Source: a virus
Lineage: Duplodnaviria; Heunggongvirae; Uroviricota; Caudoviricetes
DNA: 26,360 nucleotides
Virus record (IMG/VR): IMGVR_UViG_2534682078_000020
Direction: 5' to 3' (one strand)
The notes below the pieces were generated by a model. It saw only the letters and a program-made list of their open reading frames with translations. It ran no database searches and was not told where the DNA came from. The position numbers and the translations under genes were made by a program. Shown one piece after another: positions 8,044 through 15,949 of the stretch (position 1 is its first letter; each line of letters opens with the position of its first letter).

Positions 8044-8601
8044 TCATTGATTCACCTCCTGCGGCGGTTCTGGTAGCGACATCCAGTGGGTTGCTTGCCT
8101 AAGATCATTACCCGGACTAACTGCTATACCTCCGCGCCGGAACGTGCCTCCGAGATAGCGTGCGGAATATATTAATGGCCCAGCCTCGCTATCGATATTC
8201 ATCGAAATAAGCACGTTCTGGCTCTTTTCAGGCATTCGCTCAGTACAGCTTATCCAGCCATCCAGAGTTATCGGAGATCTGGTTGACGTTTCCGAGATTT
8301 CCCGAAAATTGTTGGTTGACGAATTCTTATTTTCCCGAAAGTTTCCGGCCTGAAGCATGGCGACGCGGCAGGCGTTCCAGCCATCAGCATATGTTTTAGT
8401 TACACCGTCGAGATGGCAGGTAAGCAAATCCATTTCATCAGGCACTACCATTGCTATCGGCTCTGCTTCCAGTGATGCCAGCGCGATACGAAACACATTA
8501 GCCAGCAGGCTGTCTGAAGACTTGTTATCGTGCGCCGAGTCGCTCAGGAAGCCTGTGATGTATGATTTAATCTCCGCGCGTTCTCTGGTAATAGTGCTCA
8601 T
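8044..8601 (-). CDS. DUF551-family prophage protein
   Basis: 185-aa ORF ending with the family-typical C-terminus ...THWMSLPEPP. Confidence 0.6.
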   Translation of the reverse strand: MSTITRERAEIKSYITGFLSDSAHDNKSSDSLLANVFRIALASLEAEPIAMVVPDEMDLLTCHLDGVTKTYADGWNACRVAMLQAGNFRENKNSSTNNFREISETSTRSPITLDGWISCTERMPEKSQNVLISMNIDSEAGPLIYSARYLGGTFRRGGIAVSPGNDLRQATHWMSLPEPPQEVNQ

Positions 8602-8602
8602 A

Positions 8603-8821
8603 TCAGTTTTCCTTATACGGATTAATTTTATTGTGCAGTGCGCTGAATGATTCCCATGTCACATCGGTATATAGCTCAATAACTGGTTCAAATGTCCTTC
8701 CAATTATCCAGACCAGTAATAGCGGGGATATCGGTATCATCAACACTATAAACAGAATGAAAAACAGAAACTCTGTTGTTCTGCTCTTTCGTGGGTAATT
8801 TTTTTCTAAATAATGTTTCAT
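8603..8821 (-). CDS. Small membrane protein (72 aa)
   Basis: ORF with one long hydrophobic segment (FLFFILFIVLMIPISPLLLVWIIG); abuts the upstream gene. Confidence 0.45.
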   Translation of the reverse strand: MKHYLEKNYPRKSRTTEFLFFILFIVLMIPISPLLLVWIIGRTFEPVIELYTDVTWESFSALHNKINPYKEN

Positions 8822-8948
8822 TTCTTACCGCCCTTTCGGGCGGCCTCCTGATGTTCTGAGGGTGCAGGAATCCCTCCGGTTAAGGATTTAATAAAAATCG
8901 TTTCTGATTTAAATCTTCAGTATTTAGTTGTTAGTTGGTTTATCGCCT

Positions 8949-9260
8949 TTATGCTTCAGCCTTATTTCGCAACCAGACACAAACCGGGCCATCTTCCGTA
9001 TCATGAATGGAACCAATAAACCAGCCATCGCCCTCTGGTCGTTCCGGTTCCCATGCAGAAATATCAGCATCACACGCATCAAGGTCAGCACATCCTTCAT
9101 CTCTGAAGCAGAGGACGTATTGAAGATTATTTTCCTCCATCCAGGCGTTAAACTCTTCCGTTGAAATATATTCCCGACCATCACAGAATTTTTCATATTC
9201 AGGATGTGTCCAGTAGCCATATCCGTCACGAACTACCGGCATTTCTTTAATTTTACTCAC
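8949..9260 (-). CDS. Hypothetical prophage protein (103 aa)
   Basis: ORF in operon orientation; overlaps the upstream gene by 8 nt. Confidence 0.45.
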   Translation of the reverse strand: MSKIKEMPVVRDGYGYWTHPEYEKFCDGREYISTEEFNAWMEENNLQYVLCFRDEGCADLDACDADISAWEPERPEGDGWFIGSIHDTEDGPVCVWLRNKAEA

Positions 9261-9480
9261 TGTTAACCTCCTGCAACGCTACACGATACGCCTTCTTTAT
9301 CCACGCCTTACTGCCATATAATTTCGTCTTCATAATAAACACACCTGCACGACTCGCCGATATCCCCGGACAGGTTAACAGCACAGCATCCACCACACGG
9401 TTATGCTTCCGAAACTCCATTACAGTACTGCTGATAACCACCTGCCCCACCGGGCCGTAATCCTGATACAGGATTTTCAC
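9253..9480 (-). CDS. Hypothetical prophage protein (75 aa)
   Basis: ORF in operon orientation with 4-nt overlaps on both sides. Confidence 0.4.
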   Translation of the reverse strand: MKILYQDYGPVGQVVISSTVMEFRKHNRVVDAVLLTCPGISASRAGVFIMKTKLYGSKAWIKKAYRVALQEVNSE

Positions 9481-9761
9481 GCAGACACCCTCCTGTCGAA
9501 ATAAACGTAGTTATTCACTATGCGCAGCGGCATGCCTAATTTTCTGGCAATTTCCCTTCTTTGCATGCCTCTCTGATGCAGTTGCCGCGCCAGCTCAATA
9601 TCACGCTGAGAATATTTTGCCGACGGGTGAAAATCACCACGTAACATCATGCTGATGCCCAGCTCCCGTGCCTTCGTTCTCACTGCCGCTTCAGTTCGTC
9701 CGATAAGTGCGCCAACGCTTTTTACCTTCATCGTTCCCGCACACTGCCGGAGTATCATGAT
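9477..9761 (-). CDS. Small HTH DNA-binding protein (NinH-like); start set at internal Met
   Basis: C-terminal helix-turn-helix-like segment QRREIARKLGMPLRIVNNYV; the longer ORF (to 9881) overlaps the upstream gene by ~90 nt so an internal start is preferred. Confidence 0.4.
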   Translation of the reverse strand: MMILRQCAGTMKVKSVGALIGRTEAAVRTKARELGISMMLRGDFHPSAKYSQRDIELARQLHQRGMQRREIARKLGMPLRIVNNYVYFDRRVSA

Positions 9762-9790
9762 TTCCGCCCGGCACCACGTCTTCCACCCAC

Positions 9791-10525
9791 TCACCGCTGC
9801 TGTTCTCTGGTGGCGGTAATATCCCGGAGAATATCCCGGCACTTGTTCAGCTCCCGCAGCGCGGCGCAGACTCGCTCCCACTTCTGAACCTGACCTTTTG
9901 CCCGGCGCAGCTCGCGGTTAGCCACATGCAGCGATGGTAAAATCAGACCATCCGGATGCTTTCTGGTGAACGACGGCTGTGACTGCACTGTGACCGCCAC
10001 ACTTTCCGTTTTTATTTCTTCCTGTGTTTCCGCTTCCCCGACTGGTAACGCAACACCTGCTGGCTGAGGAAAGGCTTTACCATCCGTTTCCGCTATGGAT
10101 GCGGCTTTCGGCTCTGCCGGTAAATCAGCGCCCGGTATGCAGTACCGAAATTTACCGCCCTGATTCACGCGAATCAGACGCCCTTTGCTGATTGCCATGG
10201 CCAGTGATGAATTCGCCCGGCGGGAGGTAATCCCGAACATCAGGGCCAGCTCATCCGCCGTTTGTGGGCCATGATGTTCAATCGCCTCAGTCAGCATTTG
10301 CGCTGTCACTTTCGGTACCGGTGACACTGGTTCACTTTCACCAGCCTGAATCAGCCACCACATCGAACCCTTGTTATCCGCTTCACCACGGCGCTTCAGT
10401 TTCCACAGTTCGTTGACAGCATCTTCGCGGCTGATTCCAAGGCGCGATGCCACTACCTGTGAAGAGGCTTTTTTCAGTGCTTTCAGTGCGTCAAATACAG
10501 TTTCCATTAAAACGTCCTCCAACAA
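9791..10525 (-). CDS. Hypothetical prophage protein (DUF1627-like), N-terminal winged-helix-like region
   Basis: 244-aa ORF directly downstream of the DnaC-like gene (3-nt gap). Confidence 0.5.
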   Translation of the reverse strand: MLEDVLMETVFDALKALKKASSQVVASRLGISREDAVNELWKLKRRGEADNKGSMWWLIQAGESEPVSPVPKVTAQMLTEAIEHHGPQTADELALMFGITSRRANSSLAMAISKGRLIRVNQGGKFRYCIPGADLPAEPKAASIAETDGKAFPQPAGVALPVGEAETQEEIKTESVAVTVQSQPSFTRKHPDGLILPSLHVANRELRRAKGQVQKWERVCAALRELNKCRDILRDITATREQQR

Positions 10526-10528
10526 AAA

Positions 10529-11275
10529 TTACTTCACAACCCTCTGATTGCTGACATTTGGACGCCAGCTATCCCAGTTAAACGTCACCCACCGACCACC
10601 GTTCATGGTCATGCGGTCCATAATCCTCTCACCAAGAAGCGTGCTCATTGCGGCATGATTCAGGTTTGTTAACATCCCGACACTGCACAGTGATGCTGTC
10701 CGGCGATCAATTATCTGGTGTAATACCACCTGCTCGTTTTTCGTCTCCCGCTGAACGCCTATTTCATCCAGGACCAGCAAATCAACACTGCAAAGCTCCT
10801 GTAAAAATTTTTCCCCGGATTTGCCGTTGTCGTAGCTGTCATGCAACACGCTCATGACATCAGACACGGTGACGATAATCACGCTGCGCCCCTTCGCCAT
10901 CAGCCGGTTACCCATCGCCGCTGCAAGGTGATTTTTCCCGGTGCCGGTTTTACCGCTGAACACAAAATTCGTGCACCCGGTCATCAGTTCGTCAGCTATG
11001 GATTTGGCCTGGCTCAGCGCGTATTTTTGCCCGTCGTTCTGCACCTGATAATTCGCAAACGAGCATTTGCTGTGCAGAGGCTGGATGCCCGAACGATTCA
11101 GGATTTTTTCCACCCGCAACTGGTGATTCTGGCGGTTAATCTCCTCGCTGCGTTTTCGTCCTTCAACAAGTTGCCATTCCCGCCACTCCTCCACCGTCCG
11201 GTACGGTGGAACCGACGCCTGTGGTGCAAGTCTGCGAATACGTTCAAGAACCCCGGCTGCCGCAATGTTTTTCAT
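10529..11275 (-). CDS. DnaC-like replicative helicase loader (phage P-function analogue)
   Basis: Walker A FSGKTGTGKNHLAAAMG, Walker B LLVLDEIG, overall DnaC/IstB layout. Confidence 0.9.
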   Translation of the reverse strand: MKNIAAAGVLERIRRLAPQASVPPYRTVEEWREWQLVEGRKRSEEINRQNHQLRVEKILNRSGIQPLHSKCSFANYQVQNDGQKYALSQAKSIADELMTGCTNFVFSGKTGTGKNHLAAAMGNRLMAKGRSVIIVTVSDVMSVLHDSYDNGKSGEKFLQELCSVDLLVLDEIGVQRETKNEQVVLHQIIDRRTASLCSVGMLTNLNHAAMSTLLGERIMDRMTMNGGRWVTFNWDSWRPNVSNQRVVK

Positions 11276-11281
11276 GCCACA

Positions 11282-12358
11282 TCACCCCCTGAATCCCGGC
11301 GGAATTTCGGTATCCGGTTCAGAAATATGATTCACACAACGCTGGTTGTTCGTGCCGCTTACCGGGAGCAACCAGGGGTTTTCAAAATTCCGGTCCGGCC
11401 CAAAAAACGTCGTCGCTCGCTGAACAAATTCCGTTCCCGTTTTCCCGGTAGCCGCCAGGTATCTTGCGTAACGCCTCACACCATCCAGTATGGCCTCTGG
11501 TGGCACCCCCTCGCGTAATCTGGCCTTCCAGGCACTGAAAGCGGATTTCTTCGGGTTTGCCCCAGCACGCAACGGGTATTCCCGCCAGACCTGTTCGAAC
11601 ACATCCGGATAATCCACTCGTCCCACAGGCTGCCCGGTGTTTTCCGGGACTACCCGATCGGCTTCCCGCTGAATGGCGGAATCGGCTTCAGGCTGCTGCA
11701 GTTGGTGTGATTGCTCCGGCCTTGCGGTCATCACCTGCTGCACAGCGCCCGAATCGGCTTTCAGCGCATACGCTGAATCGGCTTCCGGTGTCGTGCCTGC
11801 TGGCTGACCAGGATTGACGGTCTGAACATCCCCTGCCTGGTTCGTGGCGTTTTTTACGCCATGGACCATAGTGTTTTGATCTTCTTGATCTGTATCTTTA
11901 TCTGTATCTTTATCTGTCGTGACTCGTCGTGACATGTGCGTGACATTTCGTGACGCGCCGTGACAATCGCCATTTTGTTCCCGCTTTCTTTCCCTCTCTC
12001 GCTGCGCCCTCTTGCGCTCTGCAGGAGATTTTGCGGTTTGCGAAATATTGCCGTTGTCCTCTTTAAGCACCTGGCGTTTTTCCCATCCAGTGATTAAATC
12101 ACCATCAAGTACCCGCCCCTGCATCGTCTGCAAAATTGAATCAATTACCTCTTCTGTCACGTCGAGCGCACTTGCCAAATCTTCTGTCGTGACATCAATG
12201 TGACCTCGCGTGACATTTCGTGACGCGCTCACCAGGAGGTGGATATACACTGCCATCACTGTTGCAATTGGCTGCCCTGACACCCTGGCAATTGTTCGCC
12301 ACTTAGGGTCATTTGGCATGTCATGCCATAATCTGAGCCAGGCGTTAGCCATACTCAC
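11282..12358 (-). CDS. Replication initiator (O-like), containing the origin iterons
   Basis: 358-aa ORF immediately upstream of the DnaC-like gene; contains two iteron clusters and an AT-rich stretch. Confidence 0.7.
   Translation of the reverse strand: MSMANAWLRLWHDMPNDPKWRTIARVSGQPIATVMAVYIHLLVSASRNVTRGHIDVTTEDLASALDVTEEVIDSILQTMQGRVLDGDLITGWEKRQVLKEDNGNISQTAKSPAERKRAQRERERKREQNGDCHGASRNVTHMSRRVTTDKDTDKDTDQEDQNTMVHGVKNATNQAGDVQTVNPGQPAGTTPEADSAYALKADSGAVQQVMTARPEQSHQLQQPEADSAIQREADRVVPENTGQPVGRVDYPDVFEQVWREYPLRAGANPKKSAFSAWKARLREGVPPEAILDGVRRYARYLAATGKTGTEFVQRATTFFGPDRNFENPWLLPVSGTNNQRCVNHISEPDTEIPPGFRG
11918..11964. repeat. Iteron cluster 1: five CGTGAC repeats at 10-11 bp spacing (putative ori), next to an AT-rich ATCTGTATCTTT repeat (11888-11915)
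   Basis: CGTGAC at 11918, 11928, 11939, 11949, 11959. Confidence 0.7.
12188..12224. repeat. Iteron cluster 2: four (C/T)GTGAC repeats at 10-11 bp spacing
   Basis: CGTGAC at 12188, TGTGAC at 12199, CGTGAC at 12209 and 12219. Confidence 0.6.
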
Positions 12359-12423
12359 CTCTTCTGATACCGAATCTTTTTACTCACGAGTTGCCGGAAG
12401 CGATTCGATACGGCTATTGTCAG

Positions 12424-12849
12424 TCAATGTACTGCCACAGCATTTCCTGCCGGGCCACCACGGTTCATCTGATTGAAACCGGCGATTGCCACTGCGACAA
12501 AATCATCAGCGTCTCTCACCAGTCGCTCCCGCGTCTCCACCAGCTCCCGAAAATAAGCTGAACTGTGGCTGCGCATTCTGGCCACCAGCAAAGGTGGCAT
12601 TGCCTTTTCGATCGCTGGTAACAACGCCTGAATTTTTTCAACTGCATCAGGGGTGTCTTTCTCTACCCAGCGGAAAATTTTCTGGGTATTGCGAGCCAGG
12701 GCTTCCGGATGGCTGTCGTCATACAGTTCAGGAAACGTCATACCCAACTCAAAATAAGCCTGGGTTATTCCAGCTGCTGGAACTTTTTCGCCATCAGGAC
12801 GCGCCCAGGCATTCATCGCCATGCGGATGTGTTCATGCTTGATTTTCAT
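12424..12849 (-). CDS. YdaT-like protein (CII-position regulator of Rac-type immunity regions)
   Basis: 141 aa starting MKIKHEHI..., which I recall as the YdaT N-terminus; sits directly downstream of the Cro-like gene. Confidence 0.55.
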   Translation of the reverse strand: MKIKHEHIRMAMNAWARPDGEKVPAAGITQAYFELGMTFPELYDDSHPEALARNTQKIFRWVEKDTPDAVEKIQALLPAIEKAMPPLLVARMRSHSSAYFRELVETRERLVRDADDFVAVAIAGFNQMNRGGPAGNAVAVH

Positions 12850-13114
12850 GAATCAAGCTCCTAGTAAGTGGTTGTGTTAACGTTTTGGTATCTTCCAGCT
12901 CGGGCCAAATATTCATCCAATCAAAAGGCCTTAGTTGCTGACGTGTAACTTCACCATTACTGGCTCGCTCAATAAGGACACATAACGATGCCCCTAACAT
13001 TTGACCTTTACTCAATGCCTTTCTTAGATAACCGATGCTAGTACCACACTCACATGCAAACATACGCTGTTCATCTGACGAAAGAGAATTGAGAAATATT
13101 CTTAATTCTTCCAT
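12833..13114 (-). CDS. Cro-like HTH regulator (YdaS-like)
   Basis: 93 aa; HTH region and ...IERASNGEVTRQQLRPFDW resemble YdaS-type Cro analogues; divergent from the repressor gene. Confidence 0.6.
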   Translation of the reverse strand: MEELRIFLNSLSSDEQRMFACECGTSIGYLRKALSKGQMLGASLCVLIERASNGEVTRQQLRPFDWMNIWPELEDTKTLTQPLTRSLIHENQA

Positions 13115-13140
13115 AGCTACTCCTTAGTAAACACAGCAAG

Positions 13141-13190
13141 AATACCCACAGGTAAACAAAAGTCAATACCCTTGGGTTGTTTACCTTGCG
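13141..13190. promoter_or_regulatory. Immunity-region operator/promoter region between Cro-like and repressor genes
   Basis: Inverted repeat AGGTAAACAA (13150-13159) / TTGTTTACCT (13177-13186); degenerate copy of the ATACCC..GGGT operator motif (CAATACCCTTGGGTT) plus an AATACCCA half-site. Confidence 0.4.
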
Positions 13191-13213
13191 GTAATCGCAT
13201 CTATTATTTACCT

Positions 13214-13632
13214 ATGGACAAATATGAATTTAGACGACAACAACTCATCAAAATTCGTGATGAGAAATGCGATGGTAAAGCGGTTAACGTGGCCAGAAAG
13301 ATCGGTCGCGAGCCTTCTTATGTATCAAGAATGTTGTACCCAGAGGGGAAAAAGGAAAAAAACGGATCGCTGATGATATGGTGGAGATTATAGAAGAGTC
13401 CTTTGGGTTACCCCGGGGATGGATGGATGGTATCGTTTCATCATCAACGAACACAGCCTCCAATTATGAAACAAGGGTTCTAACGCCACGACAACGTATT
13501 TTTTTAGATCTCTTAGACGAACTGCCAGAAAGTGAAGCGGATAACTTATTAAAAACTCTTGAAGAGAAAAAACAGTATTACAATATGATCTACGAAGAAA
13601 TCCGTAAAAAGAAAGCACAAAACGCATCATAA
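13214..13632 (+). CDS. CI-like prophage repressor, split into two frames at an A7 run (13356-13362) as assembled
   Basis: ORFs 13172..13393 and 13378..13632 fuse if the A7 run is A8; N-terminal HTH (KAVNVARKIGREPSYVSRML); leaderless-type ATG at 13214. Confidence 0.55.
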
Positions 13633-13675
13633 CTCACCAAACAACCAGTCACCAGTTAAGACACATCAAAAAATT

Positions 13676-13710
13676 ACCCATGGGTATTTACTTTTTAAAT
13701 ACCCATGGGT
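13676..13710. promoter_or_regulatory. Two palindromic operator sites (T/A)TACCCATGGGTAT, 25 bp centre-to-centre, upstream of the left operon
   Basis: ACCCATGGGT at 13676-13685 and 13701-13710, the second a perfect 14-bp palindrome ATACCCATGGGTAT; TTTTTAAAT between them could be a -10 element. Confidence 0.6.
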
Positions 13711-13897
13711 ATCCTTCCTTTCATACCAACCCACCCCGTCCCACAGAACGCAGGGCAATACTTCGAGTTACCAGGCAGTGGTCAGGGGGTAAGTAGCCAG
13801 CCCGAGGCGTAAGAACATGACGGCAGGGTTCAACTTTAATAACTATGCAGCAGGTTTTTGTTCCGCTACCCCGGCGTTAAGGGGAAATGAGGTCAGC

Positions 13898-14050
13898 ATG
13901 GATACTATCGATCTTGGCAACAGCGAATCTCTGGTATGCGGCGTGTTTCCCAACCAGGACGGTACGTTTACCGCGATGACGTATACCAAAAGTAAAACGT
14001 TTAAAACCGAAGCTGGCGCGCATCGCTGGTTAGCAAGAAACTCCGACTGA
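13898..14050 (+). CDS. Small left-operon protein (YdfA-like, ~50 aa)
   Basis: ATG at 13898 preceded by GAGG; position matches the first small gene after the repressor in dicB-type operons. Confidence 0.45.
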   Translation: MDTIDLGNSESLVCGVFPNQDGTFTAMTYTKSKTFKTEAGAHRWLARNSD

Positions 14051-14061
14051 TGAGGTTGACG

Positions 14062-14700
14062 ATGGAATTTAAAGATTTACCTCCTTCAATCCAGGAGATT
14101 GCAGCACACACACTTCGTCATCGTCTGAACGAACTTGAATTGGAATCGGTAACGAAAAAAGACACTGATAATATGGCTCGTAATGTGCGCGATGCGTTTA
14201 CCGGATTGTATTTCTGTGCGTCTATAAATAAACACGACTCAGAGAGTGTGGCAAATAAAATTGCAGAAACGACAGCGCAAAACATCAATACGAAACCAAC
14301 GGAAGAAGAAATTGATCAGTTTGCTCATGATGCTGGTTTAAAAAACAAGAAAGAAAAATCGCCATATGCGGGGAACATGTTTGTTTATGACAATCTCATC
14401 AGAATTCGTGGCGAAATTCCGGCGGAATACCTGGCAAGAGTCCATCAGGCATTGCTTAAAAATTTGGAAACAGAATTATTTGATGGCAACACTAACGGTT
14501 TCTTCATGGTATCAGGCCTTGATAAAGACTGGGATGCAGAAAAACGCTGGAATGTTGCTACATGGTTATTCAGTAACAGAGCCGCTGCACTGGAAGCTTC
14601 GGCATGTATTTGCGGCCTGTTCTTAACAGACCACAAATATAATCTGGATGTGTACAGTTATATTTACGCTGAACACGGTCCACTCTGGATTGACTGGTAA
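14062..14700 (+). CDS. Hypothetical protein (212 aa), cargo gene downstream of repressor
   Basis: Long ORF with GAGG before the ATG at 14062; no family recognised. Confidence 0.55.
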   Translation: MEFKDLPPSIQEIAAHTLRHRLNELELESVTKKDTDNMARNVRDAFTGLYFCASINKHDSESVANKIAETTAQNINTKPTEEEIDQFAHDAGLKNKKEKSPYAGNMFVYDNLIRIRGEIPAEYLARVHQALLKNLETELFDGNTNGFFMVSGLDKDWDAEKRWNVATWLFSNRAAALEASACICGLFLTDHKYNLDVYSYIYAEHGPLWIDW

Positions 14701-14910
14701 TTATAAGGAAACACCAGCAGGGCCGCGGCGACCAACAGAACGATTAAAATCAATAATGCCATTATAAAGGACATTATTTAATTTATCGTCGAATGCTGAT
14801 TCTGTGAGCCTCAACTCTGAATGAGTTTTTAATAACCCTGATTGCCTGAGTTGATTTACCAGGCATTCAATCTGTTTTTCAATAAGCGGATTTCTTTTTT
14901 TGTTTGGCAT
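14701..14910 (-). CDS. Hypothetical small protein (69 aa), convergent with the 212-aa gene
   Basis: ATG at 14910 preceded by GGAGGA at ideal spacing; stop abuts the stop of the + strand gene. Confidence 0.45.
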   Translation of the reverse strand: MPNKKRNPLIEKQIECLVNQLRQSGLLKTHSELRLTESAFDDKLNNVLYNGIIDFNRSVGRRGPAGVSL

Positions 14911-15247
14911 TTTATCCTCCATTGAGGTTCTGGGTTAAAAATGGAGACCAACACGCTGTCACGTGTGGTCGTGCGCCGGACACGGATAAGAATCCGGTAC
15001 TGACAGTTTACTGAAAGGATATTTCCCTGAAAAGTCAGGGCATAACGCGAAAGCGTACGGCGAAGCTCTTTCCCTTAGAAGGCTTGTCGTTAGATTTCTT
15101 CGAACGTGCGCTTCCGGTTGTGGCACTCCGCGAAATGGCGCGGCGGTAAGTATGGCGGGGTTATTCCTTCCCCGTTGAGGACACCGGGTTGTCAGGTTGA
15201 CCATACGCTTAAGTGACAACCCCGCTGCAACGCCCTCTGTTATCAAT

Positions 15248-15300
15248 TTTCTGGTGACGTTTGGCGGTATCAGTTTTACTCCGTGGCTGCTCTGCCGCCC
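15248..15300 (+). ncRNA. dicF: DicF small RNA
   Basis: TTTCTGGTGACGTTTGGCGGTATCAGTTTTACTCCGTGGCTGCTCTGCCGCCC followed by TTTTT; matches my recollection of the 53-nt DicF sequence, and lies ~180 nt upstream of dicB as in Qin. Confidence 0.75.
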
Positions 15301-15480
15301 TTTTTAAAGTGAATTTTGTGATGCGGTGAATGCGGCTAAGCGCACGCGGAACAGTTAAAACAAGCGGTCTTTTACGGGCGTAACGGGAATGCTCTGTATC
15401 CGGCGTTAATTGTTAACTGGTTAACGTCACCTGGAGGCACCAGGCACTGCATCACAAAATTCATTGTTGAGGACGCGATA

Positions 15481-15669
15481 ATGGAAACGTTATTACCAAA
15501 CGTTAATACGTCTGAAGGTTGTTTTGAAATTGGTGTCACTATCAGTAACCCTGTATTTACTGAAGATGCCATTAACAAGAGAAAACACGAACGGGAGCTA
15601 TTAAATAAAATATGCATTCTTTCAATGCTGGCCCGTTTACGTCCGATACAAAAAGGATGCTGGCAATGA
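15481..15669 (+). CDS. dicB: Cell-division inhibitor DicB
   Basis: 62-aa ORF METLLPNVNTSEGCFEIGVTISNPVFTEDAINKRKHERELLNKICILSMLARLRPIQKGCWQ, near-identical to recalled DicB. Confidence 0.8.
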   Translation: METLLPNVNTSEGCFEIGVTISNPVFTEDAINKRKHERELLNKICILSMLARLRPIQKGCWQ

Positions 15670-15857
15670 ATACAGCATTTGCACTTGTTCTGACAGTTTT
15701 TCTTGTTTCCGGAGAGCCAGTTGATATTGCAGTCAGTGTTCACAGGACAATGCAGGAGTGTGTAACTGCAGCAACCGAACAGAAAATTCCCGGTAACTGT
15801 TACCCGGTCGATAAAGTTATTCACCAGGATAATAACGAAATCCCGGCAGGTCTTTAA
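15666..15857 (+). CDS. ydfD: YdfD-like small membrane (lysis-type) protein, 63 aa
   Basis: ATG overlaps the dicB stop (ATGA); N-terminal hydrophobic helix MNTAFALVLTVFLVSG; same size and position as ydfD downstream of dicB in Qin. Confidence 0.6.
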   Translation: MNTAFALVLTVFLVSGEPVDIAVSVHRTMQECVTAATEQKIPGNCYPVDKVIHQDNNEIPAGL

Positions 15858-15949
15858 AACAGTTCCGTAATAAACATCCGATTTCATTCTTATATGCCAG
15901 CAATGGCAGGGATTTGTTCACCCTTAAATCTGTAATGAGGTAAAACAAA

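Noticed and set aside
10841-11518. 225-aa + strand ORF
   Set aside because: Antisense to the DnaC-like and O-like genes, which have clear motifs; shadow ORF.
14950-15470. Possible retron msr/msd or other structured ncRNA in the GC-rich ORF-free region
   Set aside because: The 3' part matches DicF with its terminator and the downstream gene is dicB, not a reverse transcriptase, so the region is better explained as the dicF precursor/leader.
15372-15887. 171-aa minus-strand ORF
   Set aside because: Antisense to dicB and ydfD, which are recognisable; Cys-rich low-complexity translation typical of a shadow frame.
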